Under the pieces are notes generated by a model that saw nothing but the letters and a program-made list of their open reading frames with translations, ran no database searches and was not told the origin of the DNA. Made by a program: the position numbers and the translations under genes. Shown here in pieces: positions 19,613 to 31,237 of a stretch of 64,000 bases of DNA (positions are counted from its first letter, which is position 1; each line of letters begins with the position of its first letter). The stretch comes from an uncultured bacterium. Its GTDB lineage: Bacteria; Krumholzibacteriota; Krumholzibacteriia; Krumholzibacteriales; Krumholzibacteriaceae. The DNA is taken from contig CAWBAN010000001.1 of NCBI GenBank assembly GCA_963786935.1, positions 864,001-928,000 on the forward strand, written 5' to 3'.

Positions 19613-20995
19613 TCACGGAGAAACGGGCGGAAGTGGCGCGGAATCGCGCGGAACGAGCATGCGGCTCTCGCGTTCCACGGCGAGGAAATCGCGGGATGAA
19701 TAGGTCGGGGAAGCCGATAGGACGAGCTTCAATTTGCAATTTGCGAGGGAGGCGGCGATCGGGCAATCGACCTCGAGGCGCTTCGAGAATCGGCCCGGCG
19801 GAAGCATGTACGAGGGGATGATCGTGAACCGATCGTTCCCGTCCTCATCCTTCAGCACGAGGGAAATCGCCGAGCACTCGGTGAGCAGGAACGAGATGTC
19901 GATGCCGCACCGCCGCTTGACGGGGTCGATGACGAGATTATCGGCGGAGAACCTGAAGACGTCGGCGCCGATCCAGAAGTACTGGGCGCCCGCCCGTTCC
20001 GAGACGAAGAGCTGCCCGAAGCGCCGGTTGATCGTGATCCCCCGAGGCTCGTCGAAGCTCGGTCCGCCGCCCGATTCGCCGTTCCCGATCGCGACGAGAT
20101 ACGTGAGGTGCCGGTCGAATTTGTGGATCAGATTCGCCCTCCGGTCGGTGACGTACACGTTGCCGTAATAGTCGATCGCGATATGATCGAAGGTTCCCGC
20201 TCCCCCGATCGCGCTGCGGCGCACGAGGCGCAGCGCCTTTCCCCGCGGCGAAAGCATCCAGAGCCGCCCCCCGAGGCTGTCGGAAACGACCATGAACCGA
20301 TCTCCGTAATACAGGTACGCGTCGTCTTCCGTCACGGCGGCGATGGCGAAGGGGCGGAACAGAGAGGCCCCGCCCAGCTCGGCGCCGAACGTCTCTCTGA
20401 GCGCGCCGGCGGCATCGAACACGACGATGCGGTCGTTCTCGGTGTCGGCCACGTAGAGCTTCCCCCCGCTCAGGCAGATCCCCGAGGGGCTCCGCAGTCC
20501 CCGAGGATCGCGGCTTCGTATCTCCTTGATCCAGACGAGATCGTCGTCGACGTAGCGGAGATGCCCGATACGATCGTTCCCCGTATCGGCCACGTAGAGA
20601 TTCCCCTCGGTATCCCCGGTGAGGGCGCGGGGATCCATGAACCGGAGCGGGCCCGATCCCGGCGCGCCGACGATACCGATCGAGACGAGGCTCTTGTTGA
20701 AGATGATGTCCCCGGCGCCGCTGTTGACCCCGTAGACGGTGAGCTCGTCGTCGTCGCGGCGCGTGTCGGGCCGGTCCTTCGACGCGAGTTTCACGCAGAA
20801 AAGGCCTTCGGGCTCGATGAACTTCTCGCGGTACCCCGAATAGACGTCGAGATGGAACTGCGTCACCTTGTGGAGCCCGAGGCAATGCGTCCAGGGGGGC
20901 GTCACGAGCGTCGTGCCGTCGTGAACGGCTCCGATCGAGAGGGACGCGAGCACGAGCGCCGCACCGAGGATCAAGAGCAGGATCCGCAGCCTCAT
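19613..20995 (-). CDS. Secreted NHL-repeat beta-propeller protein with C-terminal Ig/FlgD-like domain
   Basis: Signal peptide; YVADTGNDRI, YVADTENDRI, FDEPRGI repeats; start overlaps slt stop. Confidence 0.8.
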   Translation of the reverse strand: MRLRILLLILGAALVLASLSIGAVHDGTTLVTPPWTHCLGLHKVTQFHLDVYSGYREKFIEPEGLFCVKLASKDRPDTRRDDDELTVYGVNSGAGDIIFNKSLVSIGIVGAPGSGPLRFMDPRALTGDTEGNLYVADTGNDRIGHLRYVDDDLVWIKEIRSRDPRGLRSPSGICLSGGKLYVADTENDRIVVFDAAGALRETFGAELGGASLFRPFAIAAVTEDDAYLYYGDRFMVVSDSLGGRLWMLSPRGKALRLVRRSAIGGAGTFDHIAIDYYGNVYVTDRRANLIHKFDRHLTYLVAIGNGESGGGPSFDEPRGITINRRFGQLFVSERAGAQYFWIGADVFRFSADNLVIDPVKRRCGIDISFLLTECSAISLVLKDEDGNDRFTIIPSYMLPPGRFSKRLEVDCPIAASLANCKLKLVLSASPTYSSRDFLAVERESRMLVPRDSAPLPPVSP

Positions 20996-23109
20996 TCGGC
21001 CCGCCCCCTTCCCCCCGCCAGGGCGGCGTACGCCGCGTACGAATCGAGGACCTTCCTCACGTACTCGCGCGTCTCGCGGGGACCGATCAGCTCGAGGGCG
21101 ACCATCGGATTCTCCGCAGGCCGGAAACTCTCCCGCCATTGCGCCATCCTGCCGTGCCCGCCGTTGTACGAGGCGAGCGCCGCGACCGCCGAGCCGTCGC
21201 ACCGGTCGAGCAGATAGCGGAAGTACTCCGCGCCCGCCCGGATGTTCTTCGCCGGATCCCGCAGGTCGTCCTCGCTCAGCCGGACGTCGTCGCGCGTGCC
21301 GGAATGCCACGACGCGGTAGCGGGCATGAGCTGCATGAGCCCGATCGCCCCGGCCCAAGAGACGACGCACGGATCGAACCTGCTCTCCTCACGGGCGATT
21401 GCGAGAATGAGGTACGGCGACATGCCGGTGAGCGCGGCGCCCGTTCGAATTTCTTCCAGAAAGGGGACGGGATACCATAGATCGGCGGGAAAGGCGCCTG
21501 TCGAATCGGTCGGCCATGTGCTCGAGAGAAGCGTCATGGCGAGCGCCCCGGAGCCGTGCCGCGTGGCTTCGGCATAGAGCTTGGACAAGCGTCCGGGAAC
21601 GGGACGGAGACGCATCCGTTCATGGCAGCTCACGGATTCGTCGCACTCCCGACGCCGAAGCAGCAGATTCTCGATACCGATCATCGCCTGCGCGATCGCC
21701 GTCGCCTCGTCGTCGAATCCGTGATCGAGGAGAGCGACGAAGGCGAGATAGGCCGGATGCCGCGCGAACCCGGGATCCACGCCCGCCGTGTCGCACCTGG
21801 CGAGACGATCCGCGGCGATGCGCGCGAGCGCAGCGATCTCGCGGGCGAGCGAGCTATCGGTCCGCGAGCTCAGGAGCCTTTCGTCCCCTCTCGCGGTCGA
21901 AGCGTAGAAGGAGCGCGGCGCGGTCCGGAGCAGGCTGTCCGACCACGTCGCACGCTCGGCATCCGAGCCGCTCGTTTTCATGAGCCAGAAAAGCGCCGCC
22001 GCCTGCTGGGTACCGCGTGTACGGGGAAGGATCTCCCGCAGAATCGCATTTGCTTCGGCGTTTCGCCCGAGCCACGACCGGAGCGCCGCTTCGCTCAGCC
22101 CGCCTTCGATCCACGGCGAGAGGAAGATGCTGCGCTCTCCGCGAAGGCGCTCCCGGAGCACGCTCCATGCGCGGAGCGCCTTCTTCCATTCCTTCTCTCT
22201 GACATGGATGCGCGCGGCACGGTCGAGGGCCGGGCCATCGCTGTAAAACGATCCCATCATGAAATAGTGCTTCGCCGAATCGTCGTAGCGCTTCAGATCG
22301 TACTCGATCGACGCGATCGCCGCGAGCGCCCGCTTCTTGGCGCTCACGGGAATAGAGGAATCGAATATTCGCCAGTATGCGCGCAGCGCCCGCTCGGGCT
22401 CTCCGGACTTCAGCAGTACGTTCGCCTTGCCGAGCAGCGCGTCGGAATCGGCCGGCTTCCTCGCGAGCACGAGATCCATCGCGGCGTTCGCCTCGAGAAA
22501 AAGGCCGAGATCGGTCGCTCTCTGCGCGAGCGCCAGAAGCGTCCAATCGGAGCATGCGGCGAGGCTCGACGCGCACCGGGAGAAGAGATCTTTGAATATC
22601 AATGAATCCGCGCGGGTCCAATGCCCCTCCGTCGCACCGTTCACGAAATGCTCCATGGCCTTTGCGGTGTCTCCCGCGGCGAGACAGGCGCGCGAGGCGA
22701 GGAAATCCACGCGGGCCGAGAGACCGAAGGCGCGTGCCGGCGGTTCGGCCGACGGCCCCGGGATGCATATGCCGCGGCTCGCCCGTGCTTCGCCGAGGAG
22801 GCTGCCCGCCCGATCGACGAAGCGGAAGTTCCGGGCGACCGCGCCGGAGTCGACGAGCGCGAAGAGCGTTTCGAGCGCCGCTTCGGCTTCCGCGTAGAGC
22901 GAGTCGCGGAGCAGACAATCCGCCCGGCAGTAGAGGCGAATAACCTCGAGATACGGATTATCGGCCGCGCGCCCGAGGAGAACAAGCGCGCTGTCGCGCG
23001 CGCCGGCTCCGTACGCGCCCAGTCCGGCCCACAGCACCCCGTCCTCGTCCGCCGCCGCCGGAGCAGCAATCAGCGCAAAAAGCGCGAAAATAAGGAACAA
23101 TCGTGGCAT
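20992..23109 (-). CDS. Soluble lytic transglycosylase, Slt70-like with TPR region
   Basis: AREESRF, GAIGLMQLMP, ASYNGG, ETREYV. Confidence 0.88.
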   Translation of the reverse strand: MPRLFLIFALFALIAAPAAADEDGVLWAGLGAYGAGARDSALVLLGRAADNPYLEVIRLYCRADCLLRDSLYAEAEAALETLFALVDSGAVARNFRFVDRAGSLLGEARASRGICIPGPSAEPPARAFGLSARVDFLASRACLAAGDTAKAMEHFVNGATEGHWTRADSLIFKDLFSRCASSLAACSDWTLLALAQRATDLGLFLEANAAMDLVLARKPADSDALLGKANVLLKSGEPERALRAYWRIFDSSIPVSAKKRALAAIASIEYDLKRYDDSAKHYFMMGSFYSDGPALDRAARIHVREKEWKKALRAWSVLRERLRGERSIFLSPWIEGGLSEAALRSWLGRNAEANAILREILPRTRGTQQAAALFWLMKTSGSDAERATWSDSLLRTAPRSFYASTARGDERLLSSRTDSSLAREIAALARIAADRLARCDTAGVDPGFARHPAYLAFVALLDHGFDDEATAIAQAMIGIENLLLRRRECDESVSCHERMRLRPVPGRLSKLYAEATRHGSGALAMTLLSSTWPTDSTGAFPADLWYPVPFLEEIRTGAALTGMSPYLILAIAREESRFDPCVVSWAGAIGLMQLMPATASWHSGTRDDVRLSEDDLRDPAKNIRAGAEYFRYLLDRCDGSAVAALASYNGGHGRMAQWRESFRPAENPMVALELIGPRETREYVRKVLDSYAAYAALAGGRGRAE

Positions 23110-23163
23110 AGTGCCGCACCCTTTTCCCGATAATGCGTCATCTGCTCGGATCATGCGGGGAGA

Positions 23164-23179
23164 GGCAAGTCAGGTGCCA
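23164..23179 (-). promoter_or_regulatory. sigma54 promoter of the slt-NHL operon
   Basis: TGGCAC-ctgac-TTGCC about 55 bp upstream of the slt ATG. Confidence 0.7.
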
Positions 23180-23206
23180 GGAATAGCCGTTTGCGCCCTC
23201 CGGAGA

Positions 23207-24761
23207 CTACTCCCATTCGATCGTGCTCGGAGGCTTCGAGCTGATGTCGTACACCACCCTGTTCACGCCGGCGACCTTGTTCACTGATCTCGGCGGACAC
23301 CTGCTGGAGGAACTCGTGCGGGAGCTTCGCCCAATCGGCGGTCATTCCGTCGATGCTCGTGACGGCCCGGAGGGCCGCGACGCGATGGTACGTCCGCGAA
23401 TCCCCCATCACGCCGACGCTCCTCACCGGCAGCAGAACGGCGAACGCCTGCCAGACGCTGTCGTAGAATCCCTCCTTGAGAAGCCCGTCGATGAATATGC
23501 GGTCTGCCCTGCGCAGGATCTCGAGATCCTCGCGCGTTATCTCGCCCGGTATGCGAACGGCGAGGCCTGGTCCGGGAAACGGATGGCGCTTCACCTGTCG
23601 GTCCGGGAGCCCCAGGTACCGGCCGACCTCCCGCACCTCATCCTTGAAGAGGAGCGCGAGCGGCTCGATCAGCTCGAACTTGAGATCCTCCGGAAGCCCC
23701 CCGACGTTGTGGTGCGATTTGATCGTCGCCGACGGCCCGCCGGTCGAGCGGCTCTCGATCACATCCGGATAGAGCGTTCCCTGCGCGAGGAACTTGAACG
23801 GCCCGTGCTTCCGGCTCTGCTCGTCGAAGATATCGATGAAGCACTTTCCGATGATCTTCCGCTTCGTCTCCGAATCGACGACCCCGGCGAGCCGGCCCAG
23901 GAATTCGTCCGACGCGTCGACGAACACGAGATCGGCGGCGAGGTGCTGGGCGAGGATTTCCTTCACCTCTTCGGCCTCATGGAGCCGCAGCAGCCCGTTG
24001 TCCACGAAAACGGGGACGAGCTGCTTTCCGATCGCCCGGTCGACGAGACAGGCCATAACGGAGCTGTCGACGCCGCCGGAAACGGCGCAGAGGACGCGCG
24101 CGTCCCCGACCGTCTCGCGGATCTTCGCGATCTCCCGCTCGACGAACGACCCCGATCCCCAGTTCGGTTCGCAGCCGCAAACGTGGAAGAGAAAATTCCT
24201 GAGAATCTCGGAGCCGTACGCGGTGTGGTACACCTCGGGATGGAACTGGAGCGCATAGATTCGCTTCGCGACGCTCTCGAAGGCGGCGGGGATATCCCCC
24301 TTGGACGTCGCGACGATCTCGAAGCCGGCCGGGAGCCGCTTCACCCGGTCTCCGTGGCTCATCCACACGCGCTGCTCGGGCGGCGTCTCCTTGAAGAGCT
24401 CGCTCTCGCGGTCGATCCGGATCACCGTGTGCCCGTATTCCCGGTGATCCCCCTTCTCGACCTCTCCCCCGCCGGCGCGCGCGATGAGGTGGAGACCGTA
24501 GCATATCCCGAGAACGGGCACGCCGATAGACATAATGCCGGGATCGATCTGCGGGGATCCGGCCTCCAGCACGCTCGCGGGCCCTCCCGAAAGGATCACG
24601 CCCCACGGCTTTTCGGCCTTGATCTTCTCGATCGGTGTCTCCGGCGGAACGATGACGGAGAATACCCGCTCCTCCCTGATCCGCCTCGCGATGAGCTGCG
24701 TGTACTGCGAGCCGAAGTCCACGATGACGATCGCTTCGCCCTTCGATCCCCCTCGTTTCAC
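23207..24761 (-). CDS. guaA: GMP synthase (one extra base near 23285 shifts the last ~25 codons)
   Basis: DFGSQY, GICYG, HPE, SGGVDS, QGTLYPD; conserved end [19 protein letters not shown] is in the adjacent frame with stop at 23207. Confidence 0.93.
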
Positions 24762-24770
24762 CCGAACCCC

Positions 24771-26335
<1,565 letters not shown>

Positions 26336-26339
<4 letters not shown>

Positions 26340-27247
26340 AGATACCTCTCGATTTTAATTTCAGGGAACAGGCTCGTGAGCGCCGTCCGATAGCGCTCGG
26401 ACGTTTTGCGAACGATATCCTCCTCCAGCTTCGGCGCCGGGGGATTGTGATCCCATCCGATCGCGTCGAGATAATCGCGCACGAACTGCTTGTCGAGGCT
26501 CGGCGGAGATTCTCCGGGCCGGTACTCCTCCGCGAGCCAGAAGCGCGACGAATCGGGGGTGAGCACTTCGTCGATCAGGGCAACGCGCCCGTCGATGAAT
26601 CCGAATTCGAATTTCGTATCGGCGATGATGATGCCGCGCGCCGCCGCGTATTCGCGGGCGCGCCGGTAGATGTCGAGGCTCAGCCGGCGAACCTCATGGG
26701 CGACCTCGGCCCCGGCGATCTTCCCCGCCTCCTCGAACGTGATGTTGACGTCGTGCCCCTCGTCCGCCTTCGTCGAAGGGGTAAACAGGGGCTCCTCGAG
26801 CCGGTCGGACATCCTGAGCCCCTTGGGGAGCGGAATGCCGCAGACGGCGCCGCTCGCGAGGTACTCCTTCCACCCCGAGCCCGCGAGATACCCGCGGACG
26901 ACGCATTCGAGATCGATGCGGCGCGCCTTTCGAACGAGCATCGCGCGACCGCCGAGCTCGCGCGTGAAGGAGCGGTAGGGCTCCGGAAACACGGAGACGT
27001 CGGTTTCCATCATATGATTCGGGATGCTCGCGAGCCATTTCATCCACGCCGCGGAGAGCAGCGTGAGCACGATTCCCTTGCCCGGAATCGGCGTCGGCAG
27101 GATGGAATCGTAGGCCGATATGCGATCCGAGGCGACGATGACGAGCCGGTCGCCCAGATCGTACACGTCGCGCACCTTGCCCCTGAAGGACGGTTCGATG
27201 CCGGCGAGACCGTGCCTGCCGTTCCCGCGGATTTCATTCGTTGCCAT
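26336..27247 (-). CDS. purC: SAICAR synthase
   Basis: GKVRD, SDRISAYD, DTKFEFG, DEVLTPDSSRFW. Confidence 0.96.
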
Positions 27248-27860
27248 TGATGAGAATCCTCCTCCCCTCGGTCCGAAGCCTTCCCTCCGCCACCAGGCGC
27301 ACGGCCTCGGGATAGGCTCGATGCTCTTCGCGAAGAATCCGCTCGCTCAGGCTTTCGACCGTATCGCCGTCGAGGACCGGAACGACGCGCTGAATGATGA
27401 TCGGGCCCGTATCGACTCCCTCGTCGACGAAATGAACCGTGCACCCGCTATAGCGCACGCCGTACGAGAGCGCCTGCGCCTGCGCGTCGAGCCCCCTGAA
27501 GCTCGGCAGGAGCGCCGGGTGAATGTTCAGCATCCGTCCCCGGTACTTCGCCATGAGCGCTCCCTTCACGATCCTCATGAAGCCCGCGAGGCACACGAGG
27601 GAGACACCGCGCTCGGCGCAGAGACGCGCCATGCGCTCGCTCGACTCGAGAGACATCGAGCCCCTTTTCTCCCCGCAGTCGACGACGACCCGCTCGATCC
27701 CGAACACATCGGCGATCGCGATCGCCCCCGCCGTGTTCCGGTCGACGATCAGCACGGCGATTTCCGCCGGATAATCGTCGTTTCGGCACGCGCGCGCAAG
27801 GGCTTCGAAGTTGCTCCCCCTGCCCGAGGCGAGGACCGCGATCTTCGTTTTCTCCTTCAT
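27234..27860 (-). CDS. purN: Phosphoribosylglycinamide formyltransferase
   Basis: SGRGSN, LAGFMRI, NIHPALLP, GCTVHFV...DTGPII. Confidence 0.96.
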   Translation of the reverse strand: MKEKTKIAVLASGRGSNFEALARACRNDDYPAEIAVLIVDRNTAGAIAIADVFGIERVVVDCGEKRGSMSLESSERMARLCAERGVSLVCLAGFMRIVKGALMAKYRGRMLNIHPALLPSFRGLDAQAQALSYGVRYSGCTVHFVDEGVDTGPIIIQRVVPVLDGDTVESLSERILREEHRAYPEAVRLVAEGRLRTEGRRILINGNE

Positions 27861-29662
27861 GGCACAGCATGATATCCACGCCTCGACGGCAAGTCAAGCG
27901 ATGTCGTTCGCCCGCCGATCAAACGCCATGTCAGGGCCGCTTCCCCGGCCGTTAAGAATCCCCGACGGGGGGGCGGGAAGGGCGGCCCCGTGATCTCGAG
28001 CCTCCATCGCCCGTCCGCAAGAACCTCTCCGGCCGATACCTTCCTGATGCTTCCCCCCTGCGCCGCCACTCGAGCGGAAAGCTCCGGCTCGCGCACGAGA
28101 AGGTACCGGCTGCAGAGCACCTCGTCCACGTGGATCCTCGTCATCAGATAAAAGAGGCCGTGGTTCCGGCGCAGCTGCGAGGGCGCCACGACGCATCTCC
28201 CCACGCTCCTCACCCCGGCCCCCCAGAGCGATCGCGTGAAACGGTAGGCGTCCTTCGATGAGAAATCCTCCCGCAGCAGTATGACGCCCTTCCCCGCGCC
28301 GAAATACTCGCCGCCGGCGCACGAAACGTGAAGAATCCGTTCGCGCGGCGCCGGCCGGGCGGCGGCCGGCGACCGCCTCGCCCTCATCGCCGGGACGCAC
28401 GGCGCGGCGAACGCGAGCGCGATGAGCACGACGCCGGCGTACAGCACCCGCCGCCGGCGGGGGCATGTCCTCTGCAGCGACCATACCGTCAGCGCGGCTC
28501 CGCACAGATACGCGTCGACGTTGAAGTCCCCCCGATAGAGCGCCGGATGCGGCCCGCGCGCGAGGATTCCCGGGGCCGCCTCGAGGAACCCGCACAGGGG
28601 ATTGATGCCCGGCGCGAGGAGCGCGCGAACCGGGCTCAGGGGAACGAACACATAGAGAAATCCGGCGTAGAGGAGCGCGGTGAACGGGAGCGAGACGAGC
28701 ACGTTGGCAAGCGGCGCGTACCATGAGGCGCGCGCGAAGAGACCGACGACGAGCGGCATCGTGAGAAACTGCACCGCGCAGGTTATGAGCGCGGGAAACA
28801 GGAGCGCCTTCGCCGCGGCGCCGGCGGCCCCGCCGGGAAGGCGCGCTTCGATGGGCCGCGAGAGGGGCATCGCGACGAGCGCGATGCCGCAGACCGCCGC
28901 GAAGGAGAGTTGAAAGCCGGCGTCGAAGACGATTGCCGGCTCGACGGCGATCAGGATCCACGATCCGGCCGCGAGCGCGCCGATCAGATCGGTATGCGTT
29001 CCGACGCGCCGGCACCCGATGATCGCGGCGCTCAGGAACAGGGCCCGGAGCAGCGATGCCGGAAACCCGGCGACCGCCGTGTAGGCGCACAGGATCGCGA
29101 GCAGGCAGGCGTCGCTCCCGCGCCTCGAACGGATGCACCGCGACAGGATGAATGAGAGCGGAATCGCTATCGCGCCGAGATGCATGCCGCTCAGCGCGAG
29201 CAAATGGGTGATCCCGAGATAGGAGTACGTCTCGCCGAGCTTGAAGTCCAGTCCGCGGCGGTCATCGAGAATGAGCGCGCCGACGAAGCCCCGGGCGCGC
29301 CGCGAGAGCCTGCCGTCATCGAGCGATGACAGCAGCCGGGAACGGCACCCGGCGAGGCCGCGGGAGCCGGTGACGGCCGAACGGGCGGCCCGATGATCCC
29401 CGCCGGCGTCCCGGGCGAGCCGGCCGAGCCCCGCGCACTGCCAGAGGATGATGCATGCCGCGCCGCACACGGCGAAGCGGACGACGCCCCGGGCGACATG
29501 CCGGCTCTCGAATCGGCCGTCCGGGGAGCGCCCCCGGCGATTGGCGGCCGCGGCTGACCCGATCGCGAGCCCGCATACGACGAGCGACGCCGCGAACGCC
29601 GTTCGCGCGTCCGGCGGAGCGACGAGCCCCGCAACAAAAAAGGCAGCCCACCACCGCACCAT
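27857..29662 (-). CDS. comEC: ComEC/Rec2 competence membrane protein, divergent
   Basis: GITHLLALSGMH, ASLLRA, GFQLSF, multiple TM segments. Confidence 0.75.
   Translation of the reverse strand: MVRWWAAFFVAGLVAPPDARTAFAASLVVCGLAIGSAAAANRRGRSPDGRFESRHVARGVVRFAVCGAACIILWQCAGLGRLARDAGGDHRAARSAVTGSRGLAGCRSRLLSSLDDGRLSRRARGFVGALILDDRRGLDFKLGETYSYLGITHLLALSGMHLGAIAIPLSFILSRCIRSRRGSDACLLAILCAYTAVAGFPASLLRALFLSAAIIGCRRVGTHTDLIGALAAGSWILIAVEPAIVFDAGFQLSFAAVCGIALVAMPLSRPIEARLPGGAAGAAAKALLFPALITCAVQFLTMPLVVGLFARASWYAPLANVLVSLPFTALLYAGFLYVFVPLSPVRALLAPGINPLCGFLEAAPGILARGPHPALYRGDFNVDAYLCGAALTVWSLQRTCPRRRRVLYAGVVLIALAFAAPCVPAMRARRSPAAARPAPRERILHVSCAGGEYFGAGKGVILLREDFSSKDAYRFTRSLWGAGVRSVGRCVVAPSQLRRNHGLFYLMTRIHVDEVLCSRYLLVREPELSARVAAQGGSIRKVSAGEVLADGRWRLEITGPPFPPPRRGFLTAGEAALTWRLIGGRTTSLDLPSRRGYHAVP
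27869..27897 (-). promoter_or_regulatory. sigma70-like promoter of the pur operon inside the comEC 3' end
   Basis: TTGACT-17 bp-TATCAT ending 8 nt before the purN ATG. Confidence 0.65.
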
Positions 29663-29743
29663 TCCCCGCCTCCCTCGCTGCCGTCCCTCGTGACCCGAAC
29701 CGCGCGGCGTCCCCCGGGAACGCCCGCGCACGACCGCGCCCGG

Positions 29744-31042
29744 TCAATCGCCGCAGAAGATGACGCGGTTCTTGCCCTTCTCCTTCGCCAGATAGAGCGC
29801 CTTGTCCGCCATGCGGAGGAGATGGCTTTCGTTCTGCGCATCCTTCGGATAGATGCATCCGCCGATGCTGATCGTGACCTTCACCTTCCGCCCGTCCTCG
29901 AGCTGGTGCTCGGCGCGGGCCACGATGCCACGGATTCTCTCGGCGGTCCGCTGCGCCGACTCGGCGCCCGTTCCCGGCAGGAGCACGATGAACTCCTCCC
30001 CGCCGTACCGGAAAAGCAGATCGATCTTGCGGAGCGATTTCCGCACCGTCTGCGCGACGAGCCTCAGCACGTGATCGCCGACGTCGTGGCCGTGGCCGTC
30101 GTTCACCTTCTTGAAATCGTCGATGTCGATGATGAGAAAGCCGAGCGTCATCTTGTTGCGGTTCGCCCGTTCGATCTCGAGCGGAACCTGCATCTCGTAG
30201 TAGTTCCGGTTATGCACCTGGGTGAGACGGTCGATGGAGACCATCTTCTCGAGGTGGGCGTTGTTCTCGAGGAGACGCACGAGCCCGTCGGCGAGGATGT
30301 GGAAGTTCGACAGGGCGTTCCGGTCCGGAGGAGACTCGTCCCGCAGGTGGATCTCGAGAATCGCCCATTTGACGTCCCGCGCCATCAGGGGGATCATGAG
30401 GATCGATCTCGTACCGGGCTCCACCGCGTGGACGCTCTCGATCGTCGAGCCCTCCGCGAGCCTGACGAAGGTGTGCGGCATTCCCCCGGCGAGACAGGCA
30501 TGGTAGAGCTTGCGCTTGAGCGCCTCGGTCAGCGGCAGGAAGGCGACCCGCTCGCGCGAGAGCTCGCGGATCGCCGGAATCGCCTTGACGAACAGGAGCC
30601 GCCCCTGCGCTCCCTCGCAGATTCGCTCCGCAAGCGAGAGAAGCTCGTCGATCCTGATGACCACCGTCTTCGGCGAATCGTTCAGGGCGAGCGACGATAT
30701 GATCCCGGCGAACACCGACGGCAGAATCCCCTCGGCGCGCCGCCGCGACCCGGTTATGCTCTCCCACTCGATCGCCGTCATGGCGAGGGTCACCGTCATG
30801 GCGTTGAGCTTCGAACGATAGGAAACGGAGACGGTCCCGTCCGCCGCGCTCACCGTGCCCGTCTGGAACGCGCCCGAGCGGGCGAGATCCTCCATCGACA
30901 GGTACGCCGTCCTGACGAGCGCGAAACGGTCGCCCCCCTCGAGGATATCCTCGAGCTCGGCCCGCCGCTCGGCGGAGAGCAAATGACGCGGAACGATCCG
31001 TGAAAGAAGGTATCGATAGTCTCGTTCAATTCCTCGGTGCAT
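29744..31042 (-). CDS. GAF-like sensor + GGDEF diguanylate cyclase
   Basis: DIDDFKKVND.HGH.VGD, RKID I-site, RYGGEEF. Confidence 0.9.
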   Translation of the reverse strand: MHRGIERDYRYLLSRIVPRHLLSAERRAELEDILEGGDRFALVRTAYLSMEDLARSGAFQTGTVSAADGTVSVSYRSKLNAMTVTLAMTAIEWESITGSRRRAEGILPSVFAGIISSLALNDSPKTVVIRIDELLSLAERICEGAQGRLLFVKAIPAIRELSRERVAFLPLTEALKRKLYHACLAGGMPHTFVRLAEGSTIESVHAVEPGTRSILMIPLMARDVKWAILEIHLRDESPPDRNALSNFHILADGLVRLLENNAHLEKMVSIDRLTQVHNRNYYEMQVPLEIERANRNKMTLGFLIIDIDDFKKVNDGHGHDVGDHVLRLVAQTVRKSLRKIDLLFRYGGEEFIVLLPGTGAESAQRTAERIRGIVARAEHQLEDGRKVKVTISIGGCIYPKDAQNESHLLRMADKALYLAKEKGKNRVIFCGD

Positions 31043-31095
31043 GACGTGCCTTCTCCGCGCGGCGCAATCGCCGTTTATCGTTTGTGCCACCTACA

Positions 31096-31214
31096 ATTAT
31101 ACACCAGCCCCCGGGCCTTTGCCACCAAAAGAACCCCCGCGGGCGCGCCGGCGCGCCGGGGGCGCGGATCCGGCGGCGCATTTCCTTGAATCCGATCCGG
31201 TGATCCCCTATATT
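31096..31214. promoter_or_regulatory. Divergent sigma70-like promoters for the cyclase (-) and mltD (+)
   Basis: Minus: TGGCAA-17-TATAAT (31124-31096); plus: TTGAAT-17-TATATT (31186-31214). Confidence 0.55.
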
Positions 31215-31237
31215 GACGAAGGTCGCGGGGAAGGAAT

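Noticed and set aside
31135..31180. GC-rich palindrome between divergent promoters
   Set aside because: Expected by chance at this GC content; no other copies noticed.
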